Assembly: GCA_963809455.1 (NCBI GenBank)
Contig: CAWEJP010000015.1
Span: 30,423 to 94,422 of the forward strand
DNA length: 64,000 nt
Reading direction: 5' to 3'
DNA from: Candidatus Bathyarchaeota archaeon
GTDB taxonomy: Archaea > Thermoproteota > Bathyarchaeia > Bathyarchaeales > Bathycorpusculaceae
The notes beneath the pieces are model-generated. The model was not told the origin of the DNA and made no database searches. It saw nothing but the letters and a program-made list of their open reading frames with translations. The position numbers and the translations under genes are program-made. Positions 1-12,718 of the stretch are shown piece by piece. Numbering within the stretch: position 1 is the first letter of the stretch; the number at the start of each line of letters is the position of its first letter.

Positions 1-235
1 AGCAATGGAAAAAGTTGGCGCTGAATTGGGCATATTGGATAAAGAAGAGTTGCAGCAAAACATGAAACTTCACGTTGAAAAAGGTAACTTGTACTTGCGA
101 TTCGATAAGCAATCAGCTTTTTTGGGTGCCCTCAAGTTTTCTCAAACTGATCCTATTCACCTAAAAATTCATTTCAAAAATAAAACGGCACAGCAAATTG
201 AGGAGTTTTCTAAGCAGATTGGGTTGCTGCCATGA
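1..235 (+). CDS. RNA-binding protein (DUF54/COG1325-like), 5' partial
   Basis: LYLRFDKQSAF...DPIHLKIHF motif; directly upstream of RNase P subunit genes. Confidence 0.7.
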   Translation, partial: AMEKVGAELGILDKEELQQNMKLHVEKGNLYLRFDKQSAFLGALKFSQTDPIHLKIHFKNKTAQQIEEFSKQIGLLP

Positions 236-967
236 CCCGACCCTTCGTTGATCTGCATTTACGCATAAACCCCAAAGACCAACCTGTAGCTCAACGACTA
301 ATCACCAAGGCAGCACAGATGGGCTACCGCACCATCAGCGTTCCATTCACTAACGGCATAAATGAAACCGAAGTTGCAGAGCTCAAAACCGCATGCATCC
401 AAGCAGGTATAGACTTTGCTTTACGCGCAGATTTTAAGCCTCGAACTCAAGAAGACCTAATGCGTTTTCTCCGCAAGTTCCGAAGAAGCTTCGAAATAAT
501 ATGTGTAGTTTGCGACACCAAAGAGGTTGCGCGGCAAGCAGCCAAAGACCGACGCGTTGATCTTCTAAATTTTCCAAGTCTAGATTACCATAAACGATTT
601 TTTGATCGCGCCGAAGCAGAACTTGCAAGCTGCAGTTTAGCCGCATTAGAAGTAGACATCAAACCTCTATTGGTTATGGAAGGTCCGGCACGAGTTAGGT
701 TGCTTTCGAGTTTGCGGCGGGAAGTAGCCATCGCTCTTGAGTTCCATGTGCCTATCATAGTTTCTAGCGGTGTTGGTGAAGAGATTTTAATGCGGTTGCC
801 AAGGGATTTGGCAAGTTTAGGGTACTTCTTTGGACTCAATGAAGTCGGAGGCTTTGAATGCAGTTTCAACAAATCCAGTTGCGATTGTTCTGCGTAATCG
901 GGAGAAGCTTAGTTCAAGATTTATTGCACCCGGCATCAGCGTTGTTAAGGAGGGCAAACCGATTTGA
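232..967 (+). CDS. rnp3: Ribonuclease P protein component 3 (Rpp30); frameshift near 850
   Basis: FVDLHL PHP-like start, [25 protein letters not shown]; C-terminus continues in another frame ([13 protein letters not shown]...PGISVV) to TGA 965-967. Confidence 0.85.
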
Positions 968-1277
968 AACGAATTAAACGTCGCTATCTTGCCCTACAAC
1001 TGGAATCTGAAACCTTACCCAGTGAGCGAGAGTTTATGGATGCGGTTTGGGCTTCATTAACCAAATTGTATGGCGAGGTGGGGGCGAGTTTGGCAGGTTT
1101 GGTTTGATTAATTTTGATGGAAAACGCAAGATTTTTGTGGTTCGCACTTCGCTTGCGTCTTTGCTGATGGTGAGGGCTTCGTTGGCTTTGGTGACGGTGG
1201 TAGCCGGTAAGGCTGCTTCAGTTCGTGTGTTGGCTGTTTCGGGTACGCTTAAGGCGTTATACACGACTGTCGCCTAA
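964..1277 (+). CDS. rnp2: Ribonuclease P protein component 2 (Pop5/Rpp14); frameshift near 1100
   Basis: TTG start MKRIKRRYL...KLYGEVGAS joined to [19 protein letters not shown]. Confidence 0.85.
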
Positions 1278-1459
1278 TTTATTTTGAATGTAAAGATTTT
1301 ATTTACTTTAAGACAACACATTCTGAAGTTAAGTAATCTATTCGCTTGGACAAACTTACAAAAATAGTGCAGAAACGTTTATCAATTACACGATAAGCGT
1401 TAATTAGCATTACCAATATGCGTTGTAGAAACGCAAAACCTGACAAGAGAGCATAAAAA

Positions 1460-2688
1460 ATGGACATAAAAGACTTCTATTTCAAACTCAAGCCCCTAAA
1501 AACCGAGCCCATAATAGATGACACTACACTTCGCGACGGCATCCAAATGCCGGGCTTAGCAGCTGGACCAAAAGACTCCGCAAAAATCGCACAGTTGCTA
1601 AATGAAATAGGAGTTGAACGAATAGAGTTATTCCACTATCAGGAACCAGACAAAAAAGCATGCAAATTAATTGGAGAATTAAACCTTGATTTACGAGTTG
1701 CAGGATGGTGCAGAGCCGTCAAAGAAGACATCGACAGCGCTGTGCATGTGGACTCAAAGAAGTTGGCATTTCACATCCCGTTTCCGACATACATTTCAAG
1801 GCTAAATGGCCAGAAAAAACCCACGAGCAAATCTTAGCAAACGTCGTTGATGTGACTGAGTATGCGGCGAAGACATGTGGCCTTAGAACTTTTGTTCACG
1901 GAGAAGACAGCACACGTGCAGACTGGGACTTTGAAAGAGCCTTCATCAATGCGATTGCAGACGCAGGCGCAGAATGTTACCGCATATGCGACACCGTCGG
2001 AATCGGCTTATCTGATCCAGAAGCACCCTTACCTCACGGTATCCCGGCTAAAGTAGTTGCCATCAAGAAGGAAACACGAATCAGCGCCATCGAAATCCAT
2101 GCACATGACGACTTCGGCAATGCAGTTGAAAACACTATCGCAGCGATTAAGGCAGCTTCGGGCGTTTGGGACAAAGTCTATGCAAGTACAACGTATCTCG
2201 GAATCGGTGAACGTGCAGGTAACGCCGAGACGGAAAAAGTCCTATTAAACTTGTACTTACATTACGGCGTAGCAAAATATGAGGGTAAAACTGAGAAACT
2301 CAAGTTAACCGCAGACTACATCGGCAAAGCCACGGGCTACATCGTACCGCCAAACAAAGCAATCGTTGGCGACTACGGCTTCGCACACGAATCAGGCATC
2401 CACACCCACGGCGTCCTCAATGACCCATGGACCTATGAACCTTATCCGCCTGAATTAGTCGGCAACATAAGACGCTTAACTATCGGCAAACAATCTGGCA
2501 AAGGCATAATCAAACACAAAATCACTGAGCTATCAGGAAACGTTCCAGAAGATGCAACCGTCGCTGCAGTCGTGGATACAGTCAAAGATATGTATGCCAA
2601 TGGTCGCAGAGCTTCGCTTAAAGAGGAAGAATTCAAGAAAATCCTTCGCGTACTTAGAATCCTGCCTGAAAGCAACAATTACCGATAA
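1460..2688 (+). CDS. DRE-TIM metallolyase (homocitrate/isopropylmalate/Re-citrate synthase family); frameshift near 1745
   Basis: DTTLRDGIQMPG, HAHDDFG, GIGERAGNA, FAHESGIH; two overlapping ORFs 1460-1837 and 1705-2688. Confidence 0.85.
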
Positions 2689-2739
2689 AAGCAAAATAGA
2701 TCCTTCTTTTAATATTTTTTTTTCGTTGAGAAGTTAAAC

Positions 2740-4344
2740 CTAACCGATGAAAGTCAAAACAAAGATTCTTCTCGGGTTTGATCCGAATGTGGTTTCATCT
2801 AAAATGTGTGTAAATTTTCCTGATGCGTAGAGTTGCTCGAAAACTTGCTGCGGCGTTAGCGTGGTGTTGTAGTAGGGGAAGGTGCCGCCCTGTTCATATG
2901 TGAAGAGGTATTTTACGTTGTATAGTTTGCATTGGCTGATAAGTTCGGTGATGTTGAAGTTGGGTGTGTAGGTGTCTGTGGGAAGGAGAGGGTACTGGTA
3001 GGTTTGGATTTGGATGTTTCCATTTTTAGCGAGGTAGAATCGTACCATATCTTGGCTGAAAAAGTTGAACGGTGCAAGAACCATAATCGACTGGTTGTTC
3101 TGCATGTGGTTCATGGCGTATAGGGTTGCGGGTTCAATTTGGATTTGGATGTTGTAGTATGAGGTTATTGTGTAGGCGTCGTTGATGCTGTAAGCCATCG
3201 CTCCCGCAACCAAAACGATAAACAAGCCAGCCGCAAACTTTGCCGATTTCTTTTTGCCAGTTTTAACTCTTTGTTTCCATGCAGCATCAACTTTGCCATA
3301 GAGAAAGAGAATAAAGACTGCAGCTGAAATCGCCAAAACGGAGAACAAAGGCAGCACATAACGCCATTCTTTGTTGGTTATGAGAGTAAAAAAGACAAAC
3401 ACACTTGCAAACGTTATGATAGTAAACGTATCGCTTTTATTGTGGCGCCATACGAGAAAGCCTAAACCCGCCAAACCCAAAGCGTAGATGAAGATGGAGA
3501 TGGGATGGAAGTTGTTGTAGGGCCAAACTATGTCTATTAGGTAGAAGATGGGTGATGGGTAGCGGTCGCTGTAAACGGATTTTTCTGGGTTGCCAACTTG
3601 AAGGGCATAGAGCCATTGGCTAAAGATTTTTGATGCGTACACCCGATAGGCGACAACTATCCATGGAACAACTACGAGCACAGCCGCCGCGATAACAAGC
3701 GTAAAACGTGAAAACGACCGTTTCAATTGCCCCCGAGCAAGAAACAGAATGCTCACAAGCATTATGACGCCAGCCACTACCGCCTGGTACTTAGTTAAAA
3801 AACCTAAACCAACCGCTAAACCAGCCAAAACCAGATACTTGTCTTGCTTGTTTTGGAGCCATCGGAAAAAAAAGAGAAGTGCCAATGTAACAAAGAACAG
3901 AAGCATGGTTTCGAGTAGCGCCAGTCGGCTGAGCCAAAAGTAACCGGGCATAATCCCCAGCAAAACGGCGGCGAGAAGGGCAGTTTTTCCATTATACATG
4001 CTGTAGGCAAGTTCAAACATTGCCCAAATCGAAAGTACCGAGAAAACTGCTGAAACTAACCGTGCCGAAAACAGGCTTGTTCCGACGGCTTGGAATGAAA
4101 TGGCTGTTGCTAAATCGTAGAGTGGTGGGTAGAAGGCGTTGGAAACGTAGGTGCCGAAGTGTCCTGCGTTTAAAGTTAAGGCACCGTTTAGGTGGGTTAC
4201 TTCGTCCCATTGCATGGGCATGTTGGTCAAATTCAACAGCAAGACGAGGAGGTATGCGAGTGCAAAGACCAGAAAAGCCACTCGCCACTTGTTTAAGGCA
4301 TTTCTTGCTTTGCCCCTGAGCGGTGAATTTGGCGGGTCAATCAT
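2740..4344 (-). CDS. GT-C fold glycosyltransferase (family 39/ArnT-like), multi-pass membrane
   Basis: QWDEVTH, YPPLY, GLGFLTKY, KEWRYVLP motifs; many TM segments. Confidence 0.8.
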   Translation of the reverse strand: MIDPPNSPLRGKARNALNKWRVAFLVFALAYLLVLLLNLTNMPMQWDEVTHLNGALTLNAGHFGTYVSNAFYPPLYDLATAISFQAVGTSLFSARLVSAVFSVLSIWAMFELAYSMYNGKTALLAAVLLGIMPGYFWLSRLALLETMLLFFVTLALLFFFRWLQNKQDKYLVLAGLAVGLGFLTKYQAVVAGVIMLVSILFLARGQLKRSFSRFTLVIAAAVLVVVPWIVVAYRVYASKIFSQWLYALQVGNPEKSVYSDRYPSPIFYLIDIVWPYNNFHPISIFIYALGLAGLGFLVWRHNKSDTFTIITFASVFVFFTLITNKEWRYVLPLFSVLAISAAVFILFLYGKVDAAWKQRVKTGKKKSAKFAAGLFIVLVAGAMAYSINDAYTITSYYNIQIQIEPATLYAMNHMQNNQSIMVLAPFNFFSQDMVRFYLAKNGNIQIQTYQYPLLPTDTYTPNFNITELISQCKLYNVKYLFTYEQGGTFPYYNTTLTPQQVFEQLYASGKFTHILDETTFGSNPRRIFVLTFIG

Positions 4345-4472
4345 GTTCTCAGCTGATTAAAGTTGAATTCTCACTATTGTATGTAGGGGATATAAAACCT
4401 TCCAGCAACTCACTCAACACAAGCTATACCGGCTTAGAAACGCTAAAATTCCCCGCAATCCACATGTTTCTT

Positions 4473-5513
4473 ATGCCTTATAACGAACTACGAAAAGATT
4501 ATGTGCTCGATCGGTGGGTCGTAATCGCCACCGAACGCAGTCGCCGCCCCACAGACCTTAGCAAGCCCAAAGCCGACCCAGCCAAAACTGATACTTGCCC
4601 GATGTGCGTTGGAAACGAAAACATGACTCCGCCCGCCTTAATGCTCTATACAAAAGAGAACGGCGAAGTAAAACGCAGCCAAGACCCCTTAACTGGTGAG
4701 CGCCCAAAAAACTGGCTGGTCCGCGTTATCCCAAACCTCTACCCCGCATTCAGTCCACCAAAACAGCCTGAAGAGTCCAAAAAAATTATCAAGAGCGATT
4801 ATTTGTGGGATGCCGTCGGGCATCATGAGGTTGTTATTGAATCTCCCCTTCATTATGAGGACCCGGCGGACGCTGATTTGCCTCAGCTGGAACTGGTAAT
4901 TGCCGCTTATATGGATAGGTTGCGGGAGTTGAGCACAAAGCCTTATGTCAAGTATGTTTCGATTTTCCGCAACCACGGCTTAGAAGCAGGCGCCTCACTT
5001 TCCCATGATCACAGCCAAATAATCGCAACCCCCATGGTTCCCACAACTGTCCGGGAAGAGCAAAAAGTCGCTGCAACCTTCTATGAAGACAATGGTAAAT
5101 GTGTATTCTGCGATATCATCGAGGGCGAAGTGAAGGGTCCGCGGCTGGTTTCTGAAGATGGGGATTTTGTGGTTTTCGCGCCTTACGCGAGCATTAATCC
5201 GATGGAGTTTTGGATTCTACCCAAACATCACGCGTCTAACATCCTGAACCTTTCAACTGCTGAAGTGGCGGCGTTTGCGAAAACTCTCAAACGCAGTCTC
5301 AAAGCCCTAAAAGATCTCGTAAACGATCCACCCTACAACTACGGCTTCCACCTATCCCTAAACCCTGAAGCCCAAGACAGCTACCACTGGCACCTAGAAG
5401 TTTACCCGAAACTGGCAACGTGGGCTGGCTTTGAGAAGAGCACAGGCTGCTACATCAACATTATCACGCCAGAAACCGCTGCTGAAAGCCTTAGAAAAGC
5501 AATTAAGTCCTAA
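4473..5513 (+). CDS. galT: Galactose-1-phosphate uridylyltransferase
   Basis: ELRKD..WVVIATERSRRP, CPMC, GASLSHDHSQ (HxH), HWHLEVYP. Confidence 0.9.
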   Translation: MPYNELRKDYVLDRWVVIATERSRRPTDLSKPKADPAKTDTCPMCVGNENMTPPALMLYTKENGEVKRSQDPLTGERPKNWLVRVIPNLYPAFSPPKQPEESKKIIKSDYLWDAVGHHEVVIESPLHYEDPADADLPQLELVIAAYMDRLRELSTKPYVKYVSIFRNHGLEAGASLSHDHSQIIATPMVPTTVREEQKVAATFYEDNGKCVFCDIIEGEVKGPRLVSEDGDFVVFAPYASINPMEFWILPKHHASNILNLSTAEVAAFAKTLKRSLKALKDLVNDPPYNYGFHLSLNPEAQDSYHWHLEVYPKLATWAGFEKSTGCYINIITPETAAESLRKAIKS

Positions 5514-5530
5514 TTTCCAAAATTTCTTTT

Positions 5531-7588
5531 CTATTTTGTCGGTTTAACTTGCAAAATATCTTCTACGTAGGCTCGTAGTGGTTCTGCTACGCTCCATGCT
5601 TGGGAAATGCAGCCTCTTGGTGCGTTTGGGGGGTCGCAGTCATAGATTTCGTTTATTGTGCCTAAGCCGCCTTGATGGATTCCGACGGTGAACAGGGGCA
5701 AAATGAGGTTTTCGAGCATTTGCTGCTTAGCCTGTGCGGAGTATTCGTTCACTTTCAGAAATGCTGTCACGTATGGTCCCAGTAGCCATGGCCAGATTGT
5801 GCCATTGTGATACGCCATGTCCCTGGCTTCTGCTGTCGCCCATGCATTTGCCGACAAACTTGGGGTCACCCAACGACAGCGTCCTCAATCCAAAGGGCGT
5901 TACAAGTTCACGGTTCACAGTGTCGACGATTTTTTGGCTTTTTTCGTTGTCAAGCATAGTGTATTCGAGGGAGACGGCAAATATTTGGTTGGGACGAATC
6001 GAAGCGTCTGGGGCTCTGTCGTCGATGACATCATAAAGGCAGTTGTTTTGGGGGTTCCAGAATTTTTGGTTGAAGCTCTGGCGGGTCAGGTTTGCCATTT
6101 CAGCATATTTTTCTGCTAAAATAGGCTGCTCAAATTTGTTTGCGAGCAACTCCATAATCCGCAGCGTGTTGTACCATAATGCTTGGATTTCCACGGCTTT
6201 GCCTGTTCGGGGCGTAATCACGTCGGTTCCCACCGCCGCATCCATCCATGTGAGCCGTGGACCATGCATAAGCAAGCCGTCGCTATCTACTCGAATGCCG
6301 AATAAAGTGCCCCTTTCATGGTTCTCAACTATGCCCTGCATTTTCTCCCACAACTCATCTTTGACAAACCCGAAGTCGCCAGTGTATTTTACATATTGCA
6401 GGACAGCGTTAACGTACCATAACGTTGCGTCAACTGTGTCGTAAACAGGAATGCCTGATTTGTCTGAGAAGAAATTGGGAATCAACCCGCTCTTGGCATA
6501 ACCTATGAATGTTCGCATTATTTCCTTTGCATCGTCATATCTGCCAGTCACCAGCATAAGCCCAGGCAACGAAATGAAAGTGTCCCTTCCCCAAGCTTCA
6601 AACCAATGGTAACCAGCGATGACGGCTTTTCTGCCCGCAGCGCTTTGTACCATAAAAGAGTCTGCGGCAAGCAGAATCCAGTTTAGCCAATCGCTCATCG
6701 GCACCTGAGGATGTTTACGGTGAAAATTGGAGAGCAATTCTGATTTTTGTTTGAGTTCTTGAATATATAGTTCTTTTATGTCGTTTGATTGTGTTTCCGA
6801 TAGAATCCAAGATTTCTTGTGCTTGTTGGCTTTCATGGCTCACGGCACAGGTTACCGCAAACTCTTTTTCCGCATTAGCGGGTACTTGGACTTCAAAGTA
6901 ACCCGGCTGGAAACAGTCATCAACATCTGATTCACCCCGCTGTAGTTCGTCGCGGTAGTGGATGTGGTTTACCCAGTTTACTTTTTCTTTGAATTCTCCG
7001 TCAGTTATGCGGCAAATGATTGTGGCTTGGGGATGCAAGAAAGTTGCTTGGGTTTGTGTGCAGGTGCTTTTTAGGGTGAAATTCAATGGGACTCTTAGCC
7101 GATAAACTACGGTGTGGAAGTATCTGCAGGTTAAAAGCGGATAAAGCCTAATTTTAACTTCTGAACTATTCTTGTTTGTGATTTTGTAGGTTACGGCTGA
7201 CGGCGTTTTTGTTTTTTGGCATAAAAACGGTTTTTGTTACTTGCATGCTTCCTAAATCATAGCTGTAAGTGGGAAATGGGTCAATTGAAAACTGACTAAT
7301 CAGCTTGTAACCTTCAGGATAAATAGCATCATGGAACTCAGTCGAGCCCAACCTGAAAACATCATCCCCCACAAATACGTCTTCATCGAGTTTTGAGAAA
7401 CAAACGGTGCGGTTTCCAGGCGGATCCAACGCTGCAACAAACAACCCATGATATTTCCGACTGTTAATCCCTGGAACTGTTGAAGAAGCGTAACTGCCTA
7501 AGCCGTTGGTTACCAGCCACTCCTTCTCCATGAGCTCCCCAAAACTGGAAAATGTTTCTTTTGGAAAAGTTATGGCGGGTAAATTCAT
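5531..7588 (-). CDS. Amylo-alpha-1,6-glucosidase / glycogen debranching enzyme, split by about 3 frameshifts
   Basis: EWLVTNGLGSYAS, IAGYHWF..WGRDTFISLPG, LTWMDA, YHNGTIWPW, QAWSVAE across four consecutive ORF pieces. Confidence 0.85.
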
Positions 7589-8470
7589 CTATGGCATCAA
7601 CTTTGCTATGTTCTTATCGCGTGGAACACAGAAATAGTTTGCGACGGGCACACATTTGGTGCGGAACATTAGCAAGTGCGGTTTGGTTAGTTTGTATTCG
7701 GTTAGGGTTTCGGCGTATCCCATGCCTTTGGCGAAGACGAGTTCTGCGGCATTGTAGACTTTTAGGAAATCTGCGGAGGCTTCTTTTTTCTGTAGACCCA
7801 CTGCGTCGCAGCCTGTGGTTATGACTTCGTCGGCAAGTTTATCCATGTTGGAGATTTCGACGTCTTCCATGGTGGCGTCGTTGATTACGGGTCCGCCTTT
7901 AACGACGTAGGTGACTTTTAATCCCATGTTCTTGAGTTGCTCAACGAGGAGTGTGTCGAAAACGATTTCTCCTGCGTTATCAGCTAAAAATAGGATGCTG
8001 TTTGCTTTCTTCGCCAACTCGTAGGCTTTATCGATGTCATCAATTGCAAGGTCTTTTGCTGCTTCTCGAAGAACCCCTGCCATACTCTTCAAGGTAAACT
8101 TATGCCCGGGAATGTCAAACTCCATAATGTTTCCAACAATGGCGCATAAGCATGCTTTTTTGAAGCGTTCTTGCTGGTTGATGCCTGATTCAACGTATTT
8201 TTTTGCATGGGGACGCATTTTGAGGGCTTTTTCGTTGGCGAGTTTTTTGTTGTATTTGTATGGGTCGCTGTTGCTTGTTAGTTGGCGGATTATGCGGTCT
8301 CTTTTTGTGCCTATATCGGCTGCCACTGAGGTTGATTTGAATTCACGGCTTAATAGTTTTGCGATTTCTGCTAGGCACCTAAAACGTAAGGCAGGGTTGG
8401 TGGTGGCTTGGTAGGTTTGTATTTGTGCCCGGGAAAGCAGGCACGATTCACATTCAGGTTCAACCTTCAA
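7589..8470 (-). CDS. ARMT1/DUF89 damage-control phosphatase family
   Basis: CxxC N-terminus, LADNAGEIVFD, INDAT, AKGMGYAETL. Confidence 0.85.
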   Translation of the reverse strand: MKVEPECESCLLSRAQIQTYQATTNPALRFRCLAEIAKLLSREFKSTSVAADIGTKRDRIIRQLTSNSDPYKYNKKLANEKALKMRPHAKKYVESGINQQERFKKACLCAIVGNIMEFDIPGHKFTLKSMAGVLREAAKDLAIDDIDKAYELAKKANSILFLADNAGEIVFDTLLVEQLKNMGLKVTYVVKGGPVINDATMEDVEISNMDKLADEVITTGCDAVGLQKKEASADFLKVYNAAELVFAKGMGYAETLTEYKLTKPHLLMFRTKCVPVANYFCVPRDKNIAKLMP

Positions 8471-8484
8471 TTGTGCTTCACGCG

Positions 8485-9180
<696 letters not shown>

Positions 9181-9333
9181 CTAAGGGTAGAACTAGTTTT
9201 GCTAATAATTGTTTCCCAAGGTTTCGATATACTTCTCCTTTAAATTCTTTTATATTTGAAGGAAGTGAGCATTCGAATTGGTTCTGTTTCAGAATTGCGA
9301 GGATGTGTTTGTTGTATTTAGATATTAACGTTT

Positions 9334-9672
9334 TCAAAGCCTATTTTTTAATTCATTAATTTCTCTGTGTAAGTTCTCTATCTCATTCTTGAATTTTAGG
9401 TTGTTTTCGTCATTTTCACCAAATACGCCGGCTAATCCGATGGCAACAACAATGAGGAGAATTACGCCAAAACCAGAAATGACTGTTGAGTAAATTGTGT
9501 TCTGAAAAAAAACTGATAGAGTCCATAGAACCCCGTAAAAAATTGATATCTTGGATACTGTGCTTGCCAACCTTGAAGCCCTCAATTTTGGTAATGATAT
9601 GTTTTGGTATTTAGAAGTTTGGTGAAAAAGGGGTAGTTGTTTGTCTTTATTTAAAAGTTGTTTGCCTTCCAA
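9334..9672 (-). CDS. Hypothetical membrane protein (2 TM plus coiled coil)
   Basis: ORF with two hydrophobic helices; start uncertain. Confidence 0.45.
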   Translation of the reverse strand: MEGKQLLNKDKQLPLFHQTSKYQNISLPKLRASRLASTVSKISIFYGVLWTLSVFFQNTIYSTVISGFGVILLIVVAIGLAGVFGENDENNLKFKNEIENLHREINELKNRL

Positions 9673-9691
9673 AAAAGAGAAGGCATGTAGG

Positions 9692-11390
9692 TTAAGGAAC
9701 TTTTTTAGAAGAGGGTTTCATGATCTGTAATGCGGTTTTTTTGGCGGCTTCTTCTGTTAACATGCCGATTAATTGCCCGTTTTTAACCATGGCTGCTCGT
9801 TTGAAGCCTCTTTCAGTCATAGTTTTCATCGCTGTAATCATTGATTCGTCTCCTTCAAGGATGATCAGTGGGGTGTAATTGGTGTCTTTTGCAAGTGTCT
9901 TCAATGGGTCTTTTCGTGCATCAACGATTTCTCGCAGTAGTTCTCGATCGTTGATTACGCCGATGGGTTTGTGTTGTTCAGTAATTAAAACTGATGTCGC
10001 ACTGGTCTGCAGCATTTTGCCAACTGTTTTAGCCACTGTTTCTGTGGATGCAATTTCTAGCGTTGGAAGCTTTGTGCCGGCTTGACTGCTAATTTCTGTT
10101 ATGTCTATGCCACGTTTCCAGATGTCGTCTAGCATTTCGCTTACTCTTTCAATTTGGCTGGGGTCGCTGGAGTAGAAGGTATCAGCTAAGTAGAAGGCGG
10201 ATTCTGTGCCGAAATCGCTTAGAGGCGGCATCTTAAACATGAAGAGGTGTTTGTTGTCGACAAGCATCATGGTCATGTAGCTGATGGGGACATGTTTAAC
10301 TTCGTAGTCTTTTGCCAGTTTTTGGGCGGGTTCAAGGTTGTCTAAATCGATGGACGCCATTATGCGGGTGGTTAAGCCTTTTCTGAAGTATTTTACGATG
10401 GGGTCGTCTTCAGCAAGACGGTTAATGCTCTGTGAAGAGGTGATGACTACGATGTCTTTTTTGGCTGAATCCAAAATCTTGGTTACTTTGTTCCATGCTT
10501 CTTCAACGCCTTTGATGACGAGGGTTTCTCCGATTGGGATTCCGCTCTTGAGTTCTTCTATTCGTCTTGAAGCGTCAACTCCACTCTGCCACATTTGCGT
10601 AAAGAATGCTTTGAGAACTGAGATGAACATTTTGTCGTTTATCCATAAACCTTCATCTTCAAGGTTTAAAACGGATGCTTCGTTTCCAAATGGTGCGTAT
10701 AGGATTGCTTCTTCTTCGTCTTTGATTAGGAATCTGTGGGAAAAACTTGGAGCTCATGCCGACATGGCGAAGTTTAATGTTGAGTTTGTCTTCGACGATG
10801 TTGCGGTCTATTCGCTCGACGACTTTGAGGTTTTCTGGGGAAATTTCCGTGATTATTTGGGTTTGAACGTTGTGTTCTTGGGATGGAGTTATTGCGGCAT
10901 CAAAGATTCCTGCAATGTCTTCCTGTATCAAACCCAACGCTGTGGTTAACACGATGACTTCAGATTTGGATTCTTCAACCATGTTAATCATTTTGGAATG
11001 GATCTTTTTCTTTCCCGTTATAATCGAGAATTTGGCAACGGGGTATTCTGATTCGGGCGCGCTGATCGATTGCCATGCGGTTAACAGGCTTGTTTTTTGG
11101 TCGTTTAGGTTTATGACTTCGTTCTTTTTGGAGGTGATGAAATTGTCAACTAAGTTTTCAAAAGGAACAATTGTGAATCTGGTGGGTCTCTCTAAGGTGG
11201 CTTCGATGAATCCTTTTTCCTGTAGTTTCTTGAAGGTGCGGTAAGCTTGCACACGTTCCATTTTGAGGCGTTTCGCCACGAAACTGGTTGATTGGACGCC
11301 GCTTTTAGCTAGGAACATGTAAACTTGAATTTCCCTTTTAGATAAACCTAAAAGCTGCAGGAATTTCGTTACGTCTTTTTCACTCATCAA
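9692..11390 (-). CDS. TrmB-family transcriptional regulator with C-terminal CBS pair; frameshift near 10735
   Basis: LGLSKREIQVY..YRTFKKLQEKGFIE HTH; two TrmB effector-like repeats; KPIGVINDRELL / GQLIGML CBS motifs. Confidence 0.8.
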
Positions 11391-11486
11391 GTTACCGCCG
11401 TATAAAACCCGTAATTACTAGTACGGATGGTAGACGGTGTTTATAAATTGTATCTTTTCAGACACTACAAACCACAATAGTTAACA

Positions 11487-12150
11487 CTAAATTAGCTTCG
11501 TCTGTAATGTTCCATGCTCGCTTTTGGCTCTCTGCGCAGGCTTCCACGCTTTTCTAACGAAGCTTGGATAGTCACCGTTCGTATCAAGCAGTCGTTTTAA
11601 GAAAATCCATGGTTTTGTCGTCAGTTAAGTATCCGCTGCCAAAATTTCCATATTTCTTTTTTAGTTTTTCAATCTCAGCATCACGCTGTACTTTAGCAAT
11701 TATGGAAGCTGCTGAAACTATAGGGTACGTTCTGTCAGCTTTGTGTTCTGAAACAATTTTAGTTTTGAATCTCAGCAATTCAGCTATGTGGTTTCCGAAC
11801 CGATGCTCCACCACATCCGCCGCATCAACGTAGGCTTCGTCAGGTCTCAAAACCTCAATGATTTTTGCCATAGTTTGCGCTTCAAGGCGGTTTAATTTGT
11901 GGAGTGTTCTGCTGCTTCGAACTACTTTGTCGATTTGGGCAGGTGGAACTTTTATAATATGATGTTTTTCAGTTAACTTTATAATTTCTGGGTACAGTGC
12001 TTCACGTTTTTTGGCTGTAAGAAGTTTGGAGTCTTTAACTCCTAAATCGGTGAGCAACTGCAGATTCTCGGTTTTCACGGCGACGCCAGCAACAACTAAA
12101 GGACCAATAACGCATCCGCGCCCAGCTTCATCAACACCAGCAACCAACAT
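11487..12150 (-). CDS. rnhB: Ribonuclease HII; frameshift near 11595
   Basis: GVDEAGRG, KDSKLL, SAASIIAKV, GSGY; tail PSFVRKAWKP in shifted frame. Confidence 0.95.
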
Positions 12151-12718
12151 CAGAGGTTTTCATCCTAAACAATTAATGGGTTTGGGTTCTAAGCTATAAC
12201 GTTTTTCCAAAATTGCGCCTTCCAAAGAAAATTACGCATGCAGCAGCAATTCTCGATTGGCATAAATAGCCAGCAGGGTAATTGTCACCAAGCAGTCGTT
12301 GGCAGCGCAGTCGGACATGGTTTGTTGATGATAATGTTGTGTGCAAAATTGGTTTGCATCATTATCATCAGTATCATCTTCTATTGGTCTGACTTGTGGT
12401 TCATTTAGGATGAACATGGCGATTTGGGTTTTTCTTTGATTGTTGTTGCAACCGCTGTGTGCAGAATGCAGTTGCAACAACAACAACAACAACATCTTCG
12501 CTTACGAGTTTGTCCCTCTAAAGACTCTTGCATAACCCATCGCAAAAAACAAATTGGCCAGCCAACACCCCAAACCACGACCATCCAACCAACACATTAA
12601 AACCCTCACGAATCTAGAAATAAAAAAACTTACCAAGATTTTTGGTAATAATTCGCATAAATTATTTGATTAGCCTTTTTTTTTATTTCTTCTTAAGTTT
12701 TCTTCAAGCATCAAAAGT

